This document shows positions 25,066 through 36,174 of a stretch of 64,000 bases of DNA, one piece after another. Every line of letters begins with the position of its first letter. The first letter of the stretch is position 1. The notes under the pieces are model-generated. The model was not told the DNA's origin. It saw only the letters and a list, made by a program, of their open reading frames with translations, and did no database searches. The position numbers were made by a program, and so were the translations under genes. This stretch comes from Octopus sinensis (lineage: Eukaryota). The DNA is taken from the NCBI RefSeq assembly GCF_006345805.1, contig NC_042999.1, positions 62,744,001 to 62,808,000 of the forward strand, read 5' to 3'.

Positions 25066-25275
25066 AACAGGAAGCTTTACGAAAATAAACAAAAGACGAA
25101 GGCAGGTGGAGTACAAACAAACAATTGTATTAGTATGGCGCTCAGGAATAGAAATAAAACAAGTCTTTTACGTTTCGAGCCTACGCTCTTCAACAGAAAG
25201 ATACACAGAAAAGAAACATGGAGAGAAACAAGGAGAGAAATAAAATGCGTGCAGGAGCTAACGAATCAACATGGC
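25066..25275 (-). mobile_element. Hammerhead mini-element in (TA)n (family HH-b)
   Basis: Reverse complement of 42134-42345. Ribozyme motif at 25164-25201: TCTTT CTGTTGA A GAGC gtag GCTC GAA ACGT A AAAGA. Confidence 0.8.
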
Positions 25276-26066
25276 AAAAGACACTGCTAGAATAAGTACT
25301 AGGCTTAAAAAGAATAAATCTTGTGGTTGATTTTTTTAACCAAAGGTGATGTTCCAGTTTGGCCGCAGTCACATGACTGAAATAAGTAAAACAATATAAA
25401 AACTATGCCATTTTAATCCCGTTCAAGGCCAGGTATCTCTGCAAATACACACACACACACACACACTCACTCACTCACAGACACACACACACATACACAC
25501 ACACATACACACACACACACACGCACATCTATATATATTTATGTATCTGAAAAGTTCCTTTTTTCAGGGTATTGCGAAAGGCCTTGTTCAAGGCCCAACC
25601 TTCCAAGTTCTTTTACAGAGCTTAGGAAAAAGGGTAACGAAGGGAACAGGCAGGTTGCTCCACCCTGTAAGGATAAGAAAAATACTGGTAATAGAAACAT
25701 ACATAATAATCAGTTCATGATTTTGGGAGGCATTGAGAAAGCAGGAAGATTCTGCCCTTACATATACTGTAAGTCTGGATTTCATCTGGTATAACGTTCC
25801 CTTCAACTGTTCCATATCCACAAACATATATGGAAAATTTATGACAATTATGTTATTCAGAAGATAGCGTGGATGTGAAGCAGCTGTGACAGCAAGAGCA
25901 GAATGGAGCTGGAGGGCTGGTGAAATCAGTGGAAATGGTGAGAGGGTTTTGTTATTTGATTTATGACAATTATAGAAAAAAAACTTCCCTGCCTAGTTAG
26001 TCTGACTTCATTGTGTTTTTGGTGATTACTATTTATTCATTTCTATGATGTTCTACTCTACTAATT

Positions 26067-27389
26067 ATATTACGTATTTTGTAATGGCTTTTATGAAAGT
26101 AAGCCCCCTAATCATATACCCTTGTGAAACTATAAAATCATGTAAGTAATAACAAAGGTTACTTTATAACTTATAAAATACCCCTTTGATCTGAATACTT
26201 CCTTCTGCCCTCACTACTACCATACCAATTGCTTCTTCTGTGGGATTATCTTTATCTCTTCCCTACATCAAATTTTAATACTCTGTCTCTTTAAAATGTA
26301 AGTTATACATATTTTTTTACTATTCTCTATAATTTCTTATTATTTTGTTTTCTTATTTGATATCTTTATCTATTAACCTCTTATCCCCTATGAGTTGTTA
26401 ATATTCTTAAATAAAGTTATAAACTTTCTAGTTTCTTAAGTCTATGAGATTTGATTATAACACACCCATAATAAAGTACATTTATTTGTGTATTTTTGCA
26501 GGTGAGCACATGGTTAAATATGTATATGAATCTATGCACAACGTTTTTTTTTCTTCTGATTCTTAACTTATAATTAATATATAGATAGCATGATTTATCA
26601 CCCCAGTAAATACCCAGAGCAGTCTTTATGGAAACCACCTAATAAGTAAATAATTAAGTACATGAATGAATATTAAACTAATTCTATGTAATCTTCCCTT
26701 TCTAAAGTTGAAAATTGGTATATATATATATACACATTTTATCTATTCTGGTTATATCATCATTTTTAATAATCTAAAATTTTTCTTTATACAACATAAC
26801 AATATTGTTTATATACAATCACACATAGTACCCGTGATAATTACCACTGTTTTAACATCATAGGTTTTATTAGCGTTTGCCCCTTTAACTGTTAATTATC
26901 ATTTTGATTTGGAGTCTTCACCTACCCAGCCTCTTTTATCGACAGTTACTTTATACTAAGCCTAAAATCCTGACAATATTTATGACCATATCCTAGCCAT
27001 GTGCTGTCAACTCACTCCTGCCCTCCATTCTAAACAGACACAGTCCTCTAGTCCTAGATTTGGTAGTTGATAATAAGACTAAAATAAATTAAAAATGAAC
27101 AATCCTTTACAAGCTATGACCCTTACAAATTTCATACAGTTCTTAGAAGTGTAGTATATTCTTAGCTACATTAGTGGTAACATGGACTTTCCCTATTCTT
27201 GTTCTATTAGAGCATTTGAGTAAAACTATTTTAATGTATCCAACTGATTAAAAATTTCTCTTTATTTATTTATGCAGCCGAGGACAGCCCTACATATAAA
27301 TTGATGTAATGATTGCATTGTTCAATTAAATGGAGTCGCTTGAAATGGTCATACTACATCACCTCTTTATATCCTGTTACTTATTTTGA
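26067..27389 (+). repeat. 1.32 kb repeat, copy 2, with a decayed hammerhead at 27272-27359
   Basis: ATGCAG CCGAGGA ... GAA AT ggtc AT A CTACAT; colinear with copy 1. Confidence 0.85.
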
Positions 27390-27542
27390 GATATATATAT
27401 ATTGGCATGTGAAAAAACATTTGAGCGAGGTCGTTGCCAGTGCTGCTGGACTGGCTCCGGTGCAGGTCAAATCGTCCAACCTATGCTGGTATGAAAAGTG
27501 GACGTTAAACGATGATGATGATGATATATATATATATATATA

Positions 27543-27686
27543 TTTTCTCTCCTTGTTTTTTCTGTGTCCCTTTCTGTAGAAGAGCATAAGCTCAAAACAT
27601 AAAAGACATTTTCTATTCCTGAGCGTTATACTAATACATCTCCTTGTACACAACCTGTCTTTGTCTTTTGTTTTTTCATAAACTCT

Positions 27687-27690
<4 letters not shown>
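27543..27690 (+). mobile_element. Decayed HH-b mini-element in (TA)n
   Basis: CTTT CTGTAGA A GAGC ataa GCTC AAA ACAT A AAAG at 27570-27605; the flanks match the HH-b body. Confidence 0.7.
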
Positions 27691-27733
<43 letters not shown>

Positions 27734-28251
27734 GATAATATAAATATATGCATATATACATACATCTCTTATTATAAAAGGCAGATTTTATCTGCCTCCC
27801 TTTGGGAGTTATACAAATCTACAATATAGGATTTCTTCAATTACAATTTACCTAGCACTTTTGAGAGTACAATGCATCGCGTCATGCCAGGTCCAGTTTT
27901 TAAAATTTAAACTCCAATTAAGCAAAATTTACAGAAAACTCACATTCTGGTGTGTGTGTCAAATGCTTTTCTTAGTCTGGTTTACACCACACGCAAATGC
28001 ACACACACAGTGGGCAACGAATAAAATGAAAGTAAATAGCAACAGAGTGATTTGAGGAAGGCTAAACTGAAAGTATTCTGTCTATGACGCTGATAGATAC
28101 ATGAGTAAAATGTATGGGAAGCTAAGAGCTAAGAGTGAGTGAAAATGTTCTTGGAAGAGAGTAAATAGCGAGAGAGAGAGTGATTTGAGGAAGACTTTAC
28201 ATTAAATTACCGTAGTGGCTTGTGTTAGTAATAAAGTAAACATACACTCAT

Positions 28252-28284
<33 letters not shown>

Positions 28285-28593
28285 TACACACACATACATA
28301 CACACACACATACATACATACACACACTGAAAACGCACAATTAACTTTCGATATAATTAGAATAAATTAACCATACCAGAAGAATGAAAAACAAGAACAA
28401 GAATACAAAACACACACACACACACACACACTAATTCTGAAACACACGAATAATTCTTTTTAAAATATTTTCCACTATTTTACTCGGAGGAATCTTGGGA
28501 TTCCTTCAAGAGAATGAAGTCAAAAATACATACACACACACATACATACATACACACATACATACATACATACATATACATACATACATACAT

Positions 28594-28626
<33 letters not shown>

Positions 28627-28799
28627 GTATTGAAGCTTGAGAACAATCAGATACATTTGCAACACATCTGTTGAAAATATTATTGTTCACACACATACAT
28701 ATACATATATACATACAGACAGACAGACAGATAGACACACACACACACACACACACACATGATCCAGCATGGCCACAACCTCAAGGCCGAAACATATAA

Positions 28800-29185
28800 A
28801 AGAATAACAGAATATAAATGTGTGCAAAGTACAAGAAATATTAATGCAGTATATGGGGATTGGACAATAAGCGTAAGGCAGTGTCAATGGTGGTTCCAGA
28901 AATCCCGAGCCATAAACTACAGCCTAGAAGACGAGCCTCATCTTGAAAGATCTGTAGAACTCGACAAGGACATCCTGAAAACCCTGGTGGAACAAAATCT
29001 CATCGTAACTGTTGAGGAACTAGCAGAGAAGCTTGGATTTGATCATTCAACCATTCATTGAGACCTGTGTGCTATCGGAAAAGTCAGCAAATTGGGTCGA
29101 TGGGTTCCTCACGAACTTTCCGAGTCTAATTGCATGCAGAGAGTGAATGTATGCTTTTCTTTGCTGTCACATCTCACCACTACTG
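28800..29185 (+). pseudogene. Mariner transposase N-terminal fragment
   Basis: RNINAVYGDWTISVRQCQWWFQK...TVEELAEKLGF.HSTIH...KLGRWVPHEL; same family as 32334 and 40372. Confidence 0.85.
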
Positions 29186-29196
29186 CGCTATGTATA

Positions 29197-29831
29197 TCCA
29201 TATATATAAAACTGTAGTTGTGTGAGTGTCTGTCCCCTTCGATTTAGATTCCTAACTACTCCCACATTTTGCGGTGCAGTTTAACCAAATTCGGGTAGCT
29301 TATAGTCGTGATTCATATCGAGCCCGTCTGAATATTAGCGCGCATCTACGATGAGTCTACGATTTTAAAAATAATTTAACATAATTTTTTATTCCATTTT
29401 AATGCATAATTTTTCGTGTGTCGATGGCGGCGGAGTTGGCGTCCACACTCACACCTGCACCTGTGGGGAAGGGAGTGTAAGGAATCAACGTCGTAATGCG
29501 TTGTCAAGGAGACCAGTGTTCTTTTAGAACAACGACTTCATGGCTTGAAGACACCAAAACAGAAATGGCTAAGAAAGCGTCTACATGAGTCTACGATTTA
29601 AAAAAAATTTACCATCGTTTTTTTTCCATTTTAATGCATTTTTTCGCTATTATATAAGGGAAGTAACTCTCTAAAAATGTCTACGATGAGTCAACGATTT
29701 AAAAAAAAATTTACCATCATATTTTTTCCATTTTTAATGCATTTTTTGCTATTTTTTGGCTATAACTCTCTAAAAATGCTTATATAGTTATTTCCCTTAC
29801 AAACCCGAGCAACGCCGGGCGATACTGCTAG
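29197..29831 (+). mobile_element. Non-autonomous Helitron, 635 bp
   Basis: A|TC 5' end, subterminal GC hairpin CCCGAGCAACGCCGGG (29804-29819), 3' end CTAG|T, and three internal direct repeats of TCTACGATGAGTCTACGATTT. Confidence 0.85.
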
Positions 29832-29908
29832 TGTATGTATATATGCATATATTTATATATTATTTATATTATTATATGATCGAACGCCATGCATCCTTTT
29901 CCAAGTAA

Positions 29909-29955
<47 letters not shown>

Positions 29956-30204
29956 TACATACATACATACACATATACATACATATATGCAAAAATGATA
30001 AATATCTATATATAAATGTATGATTTTTACGTTAATGTAGCTGCAAAATGTATCCTTTATTTAAAGCAATAACCTGCAAACAAATCAGGACGGGCTTCCC
30101 CAGTACCGGAGGCAAGATCAATAAGCCTCGCATGCTAGATAAAAGAGTTGTTTCCCTTGAATTGCCTTTGGAAAAAAAAAATGGATCTAACGCTAAGTTT
30201 GTGG

Positions 30205-30598
30205 TCAATGTTGTCATTGCTGCTGTTGATGTTGAGCGAACGGTCTTCGTCCTAGAGCTCGCAAGATGGGAGAAGTCAGAAACGTGGTCCTTTGCTATTC
30301 GTAAGACCTGCAGAAGAGAAAGCAGGTCGACCCCCGACACCGAGAGTATCGACGGATGGATGGATGCGCATCCAGGCTCAGCGGTTGCGCAGGAAGTCGG
30401 GGACAAGAAACAGGAAGAAAGAGTGAGAGAAAGTTGGGGCGAAAGAGTACAACAGGGGTCGCCACCACCCCCTGCCGGAACCTCGAGGAGCTTTAGGTGT
30501 TTTCGTTCAATAAACACACACAACGCCCGGTCTGGGAATCGAAACCGTGACTCTCCGACCGCGAGTCCGCTGCCTAACCACTGGGCCATTGCGCCTCC
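30205..30598 (-). mobile_element. tRNA-derived SINE (same family as 11470)
   Basis: Minus head GGAGGCGCAATGGCCCAGTGGTTAGGCAGCGGACTCGCGG...GGTTTCGATTCCC; its CpGs are retained, so it is probably a young copy. Confidence 0.88.
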
Positions 30599-32333
30599 AC
30601 TTAATGTTGCTGTATTTGTCGTCGTCGCAGTAGTTTCTGTTTAAACTCCGTTCCAATGTACTATACGAGAGCTCTGGTCTAAGTAAATCAGTCCCTAATC
30701 TTTTTTTAAACACGCCATTTATCATTTTATTTGAATTTAGCTTTAGCTTCAAATTCTTTTTCGGATTTCTTTTACTCAAACTTTTTCCAGTTTGTAAATA
30801 TTTCTTCTGATATGATCACGTTAGAATAATATTCACATATCTAGGGTAGTACAGCTGCTACACACACACACGCACACACATTCCAAAAGAAGGCTATTTG
30901 ACAGACAGGGACACAGGCATGGTTGTGTGGTAAGAAGCTTGCTTCTCGACCACATGGTTCTAGGTTCAGTCCCACTGCATGGCACCTTGGCCACGTGTGT
31001 TCTACGATAGCCTCAGGCTGACCAAAGCCCTGTGAGTGGATTTGGTTGACGGAAACTGAAAGAAGCCTAGCACATATCTTATATATAAATACCAATGTCT
31101 GTCTGTTACCATCTTGCTGCCCAAACCAGGGAACAAATCTTCACCAAACTTTGTATACATGTTGAACTAACATCCAGTTCAATTATAGGCTAATTGGATT
31201 GCAATGAAAATTGATATTGGACTGACTATTGGGGTTGGGCTATTACATGATAAAATAAGAGCGGGGTGCAAGCGTGTTAGGTTGAGGGAAATGTGGCATA
31301 ATGAGGGTGGTTGATATCAGGGGAGGGGGGAAGACAGGAAGAGATAGACACACAGGGAATGTAAGAGACAAACAGGGACACTTCCATATATGTAAAAGAG
31401 AGTTTGTGTATGTGTGTGCATGCACATGTATCTTTCTTATGCATTTGAAAACTGAGCTGCCTACGACGATAATGACGATGACATCACATTTTCTATATGA
31501 GTGTGTACCTTAAGAGACATCCATTTCTCTATATGTTATGTCAAAATACAGTCACTCACTCTCTCTCACACACACACACACATGTGCACATGCACACATA
31601 TATACAAAAAAGATGCATGCATACGTATTTATGTATGTGTATATGAAAGATGTGTGTGTGTGAGACAGAGAGAGAGACCGAGTGAGTGCCACTTACATAT
31701 ACATGACAACACACACCTTCACTCACTCACTCAACTCACACACAATCATATGATCAAGTTGACAACTTTCCTGCTTCAAACAAAAGAATGCCGTAAAATA
31801 ACTTTTGTTATGTAGATTTTCCTCACAACTACTTGCATCAAACCTTTTGCAAACTGAATGGAGATAAACGTTGCAAGCTTTGTCTGACTGACAGGAGAAT
31901 CATTCTACATAATTCACACAATTCAGCTGCTTTCCTGAACTCAAAGGGTGAAATATTTCATTGTTTCTTCTTGAAAGTAAATTTGTTTTGACATATGGTT
32001 ATACTCTTTTTCAGATTATTGGATGACAAACAAGTACACATGCACAGCGGTCACCCTTTGGCTGCAGCTGATGTCTTTCCATGAGAGGTAACTCTTCTTT
32101 CCCCACCAGAAAATGATATATAAATTTTCACGGTGTTTTCATTCCAGTTTTTTTTTAAATCTCACCAAGTGAACCAGAACTATATATTTACCTCCAGTAT
32201 ACAAGAACCTATGCTCTCCCAGCCAGCAAATCTGAAGAGTCATTATCGTAAAGTGCAATAGTTGGTATGAAACTGATGATAACATTTTGACCAGTTGTAT
32301 GCTATAAGCAGGAATATACTCAAGAATATAATA

Positions 32334-32925
32334 CTGAGTCATCCCATAAATAATGCAGTATTTAATACTTTCTTTTATTTTTCAAAATTAAGCTAAGTTC
32401 TTTTTTAATTTAAAATATACTCTTTCATTTTCTACAGTGCTCTTCCACCTATCTGGTAGACTCCAAAATTCACTTGTCCGTGATGAAAAATACTCCTCCA
32501 ATACTGTTCTCACCTTGTCTGCAGAATTCCTTTTTTTCCCATCCAAATGATTTTGAAGACTGCAGAATAAATGATAATCAGATGGGACAATGTTTGGCAA
32601 ATATGGTGGGTGGGGCATCATTTCCCATTCAAACTGTTCCAGCCTTTGAAATGTCATCCTCACCATATATGACCTAGCTTTATCCTGATGGAAACACCTT
32701 TTGTCTTGAAACCAAAGATGGTCATTTTTCTTCTAGCGCTGACTTAAGCTTCTCACAGTAGATCTCCTTTGTTATCAAAGTGGACTAAACTTTTCATATC
32801 CTACCAAACAGATAACACCTTACGTGGGTGAAGTCCTTCTTTCACCTGGGGTGCCATTGTTTCTCCTTTCCCTACCCAGTCTTTGGTGCTTGATGTTTTT
32901 ATAGAGAACCCATTTCTCATCACCA
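32334..32925 (-). mobile_element. Mariner 3' half with one TIR
   Basis: EMMPHPPYLPNIVPSDYHLFCSLQNHLDGK (YSPDLAPSD-like); TIR GTCATCCCATAAATAATGC. Confidence 0.85.
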
Positions 32926-33572
32926 GGGAATATAATTCCAAACTTACAGGGAAAAATTCAATTTAGAAATACTAAATCAAATTTCACAAAATATGATATA
33001 TATATATATATAAATTATATATGTGTGTGAGTGAGTGAGTGGGTGTGTGTGTGTGTGTGTCTGTGCTTGTCTCCCACCACTGCTTGGTAACTGGTGGTGG
33101 TGTGTTTACATCCCTGTAACTTAGCAGCGGTTCAGCAAAAGAGACTGAATCAACGCCAGGCTTCCAAAAAGGTAAAAAAGTCCTGATTTGTTCAACTAAA
33201 ACCCGTCAAGGTGGTGCCCCAGAATGGCGTCAGTGAAATGACTGAAAGAAGTAAAAGATAAAAGATAGAAATATGATCCACACATGTGAAAGTGTAGAAT
33301 ATGTATGTTTATTTTAATTATTCTTTAGAACAATAGATCTTAAAGTGCATAAAGATTGTAAACATTGGGTTTCAAAAATTCTGTTGGAGAGAAAAAGTCA
33401 AATGTATTAAACTTTATATATTTTCTATATTTCAAATACAACCATCCCTATTACTACCCTTCTAATTTCACTAATTGCCCTTTTTTACTAAAAAAAACCC
33501 CACTTTCTATTATATTTCGTTTTTGGATTTGGTTTGCAAGATTCTTTATGTGAGTTCGTGTGTTGAAGCATA

Positions 33573-33761
33573 TTCTGTTGTGTCTGGGGAGAGTCATTCA
33601 CTTTTGGTGCCTTATAATTTAACACACGGCTATTTAAAAGGTTGCAAGATGCAACAAAAATTTTATGAAAATAAAAATAAGAAATAAGTGGAAATTTTAC
33701 CAGTGAGTGTGTTGAATTATAAGGCACAAAAAGAAAATGACTCTCCCCAGACACAACAGAA
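33573..33761. mobile_element. MITE with about 55 bp TIRs
   Basis: TTCTGTTGTGTCTGGGGAGAGTCATT...TTATAATTTAACACAC is inverted to GTGTGTTGAATTATAAGG...AATGACTCTCCCCAGACACAACAGAA. Confidence 0.8.
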
Positions 33762-35939
33762 CTAACTATTATGCTTAATATGTAAAGAGGGGTATCATAA
33801 GGATCAGATGTCCATATTCAATCCATTCTGCTCTTTTTTACTCATTCTCGCTCTCTCATCCATTCCTCTCCTCTAACATCCATGACCCGCTCTTACTCTT
33901 CCTATTTAAAAAGATAAAGATTCTTCCAGAGTTATATACTCATACGGTCGCTTTCCCAGTTTCTGTGGTGTATATATTTCCCCTTAGATGGGACACAGGT
34001 CCATTGTAGGATTCATTTTTGCCAGCTGAATATTCCATGGAAAAACATGGAATAAAGCATTTTGCCCAGTCCATGAACTGAAATCTTAATCTTACAATTA
34101 TGAGTCCAATACCCTAACCACAAAGTCACTTTCAATTACCTGTTATTAACTTACATCCATCTCTTTCTCTCTTTCCAGTCGTAACCATCCAGTTTTTTAC
34201 TCTATGTATATAGAATGCATGACCCATTTCGCAATGCTTTCTTTCTGTGACGTCGGGCGTTAAAGAGAATTTGGCTGCTAGATCTAGCAGGTCAAGTGAT
34301 CTCATAAATACTTCCTCGTTGAGTCGCAGTGACTATAATAGCTATCGTCATAGTGAGTGTGTGCTTTATGATAAAACCAGCCAAACGTAATGTTTTTCTG
34401 TTGCATAGGAAACATGCTACAAGTATAAATCAACTCAACTTCCCCCTACGCAAATTATAATAACCATTTCTATTCTAGGTACAAGGCCTGAAATATTTGG
34501 GGAGTGGGCTAATCGAGTAGATCGACCCTCAGTACGCAACTGGTACTTAATTTATCGACCCCGAAAGGGTGAAAGGCGAAGTCGACCTCGGCGGAATTTG
34601 AACTCAGAATGTAAAGACAAACGAAATACTACTAAGCATTTCGCCCGGCGTGCTAATTATAATAATAATAATAAATTCTTTTTAAAAATGACATAAAATT
34701 ATAACTGTTCATCGTTAATGGATTTTGTAGTTTTGTTGCTACGGCAACAGGCCCACAATTAGCTGTTTCTGATCGTTTACTATTAGATTTGAAAAACAAA
34801 TTACGTTCACATTTTAGCCGTATTTCGTCTGTTCTTACGTTCTGAGTTCAAATTCTGCCGAGGTCGACTCTGCCTTTCATCCTTTCGGGGTCGATAAATT
34901 AAGTACCAGCTGCGTACTGGGTCGATCTAATCGACTGTCCTCTTCCCCCAAAATTTCGGGCCTTGTGCTTAGGGAGGAAAAGATTATATCTTGGTACTCG
35001 GAAAACAGAATTATAATGAAAATCCGTATGGTCAATTTATCATTCGCTTCACCATGAAAATGAACAGAACGTGCTAATGAAATGCTGCTTGCCTTCGTCC
35101 TGATTTTTCTTACTATTCCATTCTATCAGCCCAGTAATAAATGAAATAACTGTAGGATATCTCAGAGGCATAACTACACTTTGGTACCCCAATGTATCTT
35201 TGTTAATAAAACTTTTAGGACACATTTTTGAGGGTGTTCTTTACAATTACTTTGATAAAATTTAAAAAAAACAGACTTTTGGCAGTTTAGGATCGTTCTT
35301 CCCCATCGTATCTAGCATTTTAACCTCTTTCGTTTTTCATATTTATGTTTGAAACATCAATATTACGTGGTCTACATCCATGAAAAAGGCCATTTTAATG
35401 CATTATAAAGGACATGAAGAACCACCTCACTAACATTTTAACGCTATCAACATACCTCTCATCTATATCCTCGAAACGTGTCACTTCAAAATGCTATAAA
35501 AAAATTTGTTTTCAAAAATGTATGAAGAAACAAAATCGGCGGGTGGAGAGCCTCAAACAGTAGATATACCATCAGAGCAATTCGCGATACTTAATAACTG
35601 GACAGAAAATGGTTTCTCCCTCCTGATCCATGTGAGTGAAGAACTGAGTGTACAAGAGCTTCCAAAACCCTGGATGGGACACCAGTGTACCGCAAGGTTA
35701 ACCTTCAGCTATAGTCGGTCCTCATTTCAGCCAAGTTAACATAAACAAAGTGAAACGAAGTACCTTGCTGAAAGATATAACATGCCACTCGGTCCAAACC
35801 GACGACTTTTCAATCGTGAGCTCAACACCTGAACCACTATACATATATATATTTTATTAAATAAAATGTATTCACATTTACTTGTCTGTGTGACCTATAT
35901 TTTTAATGAGATTATTGAATTGTTGCGAATTAAAATAGA

Positions 35940-36135
35940 AAAAAAAAATTACCAAACGAAATTTCGTTTCGTTTCGTCTCGCCTTGTAATTATATATCTC
36001 CACCAGGTTTTCGATAATCCCCACCCAACACCGTTTCAGACTCATTAGCGGCTCCTTAACAAGTCTATCTTGTCTGAGTTTGACTGACCGGGGCCGTTCG
36101 GGGTTTTTTTTTATAAAAAAAACTGAACTGCCATT
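35940..36135 (+). promoter_or_regulatory. Probable PDHA promoter / 5' UTR
   Basis: Repeat-free and locally CpG-rich (TTTCGTTTCGTTTCGTCTCGCC, CCGGGGCCGTTCGGGG), immediately 5' of the candidate ATG. Confidence 0.45.
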
Positions 36136-36174
36136 ATGCTCGCCTTACAATGCGCATCGAAAGGACTCAGCCAG
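36136..36174 (+). CDS. PDHA1: Pyruvate dehydrogenase E1 alpha, candidate exon 1 (transit peptide start)
   Basis: ATG...MLALQCASKGLSQ with donor CAG|GTTTGT, phase 0, which matches exon 2 and gives a 387 aa protein. Transit peptides are poorly conserved, so the support is structural only. Confidence 0.6.

Noticed and set aside
24428-25290. Long ORFs rich in YIYIYI / CVCVCV (also at 85, 4011, 5898, 27381, 28480 and 42258)
   Set aside because: They are translations of (TA)n and (TG)n microsatellites, not proteins.
30520-30598. tRNA-like sequence as a genuine tRNA gene (also at 11780, 16840 and 22706)
   Set aside because: It runs directly into SINE bodies or tails shared by multiple copies, and the cloverleaf is incomplete.
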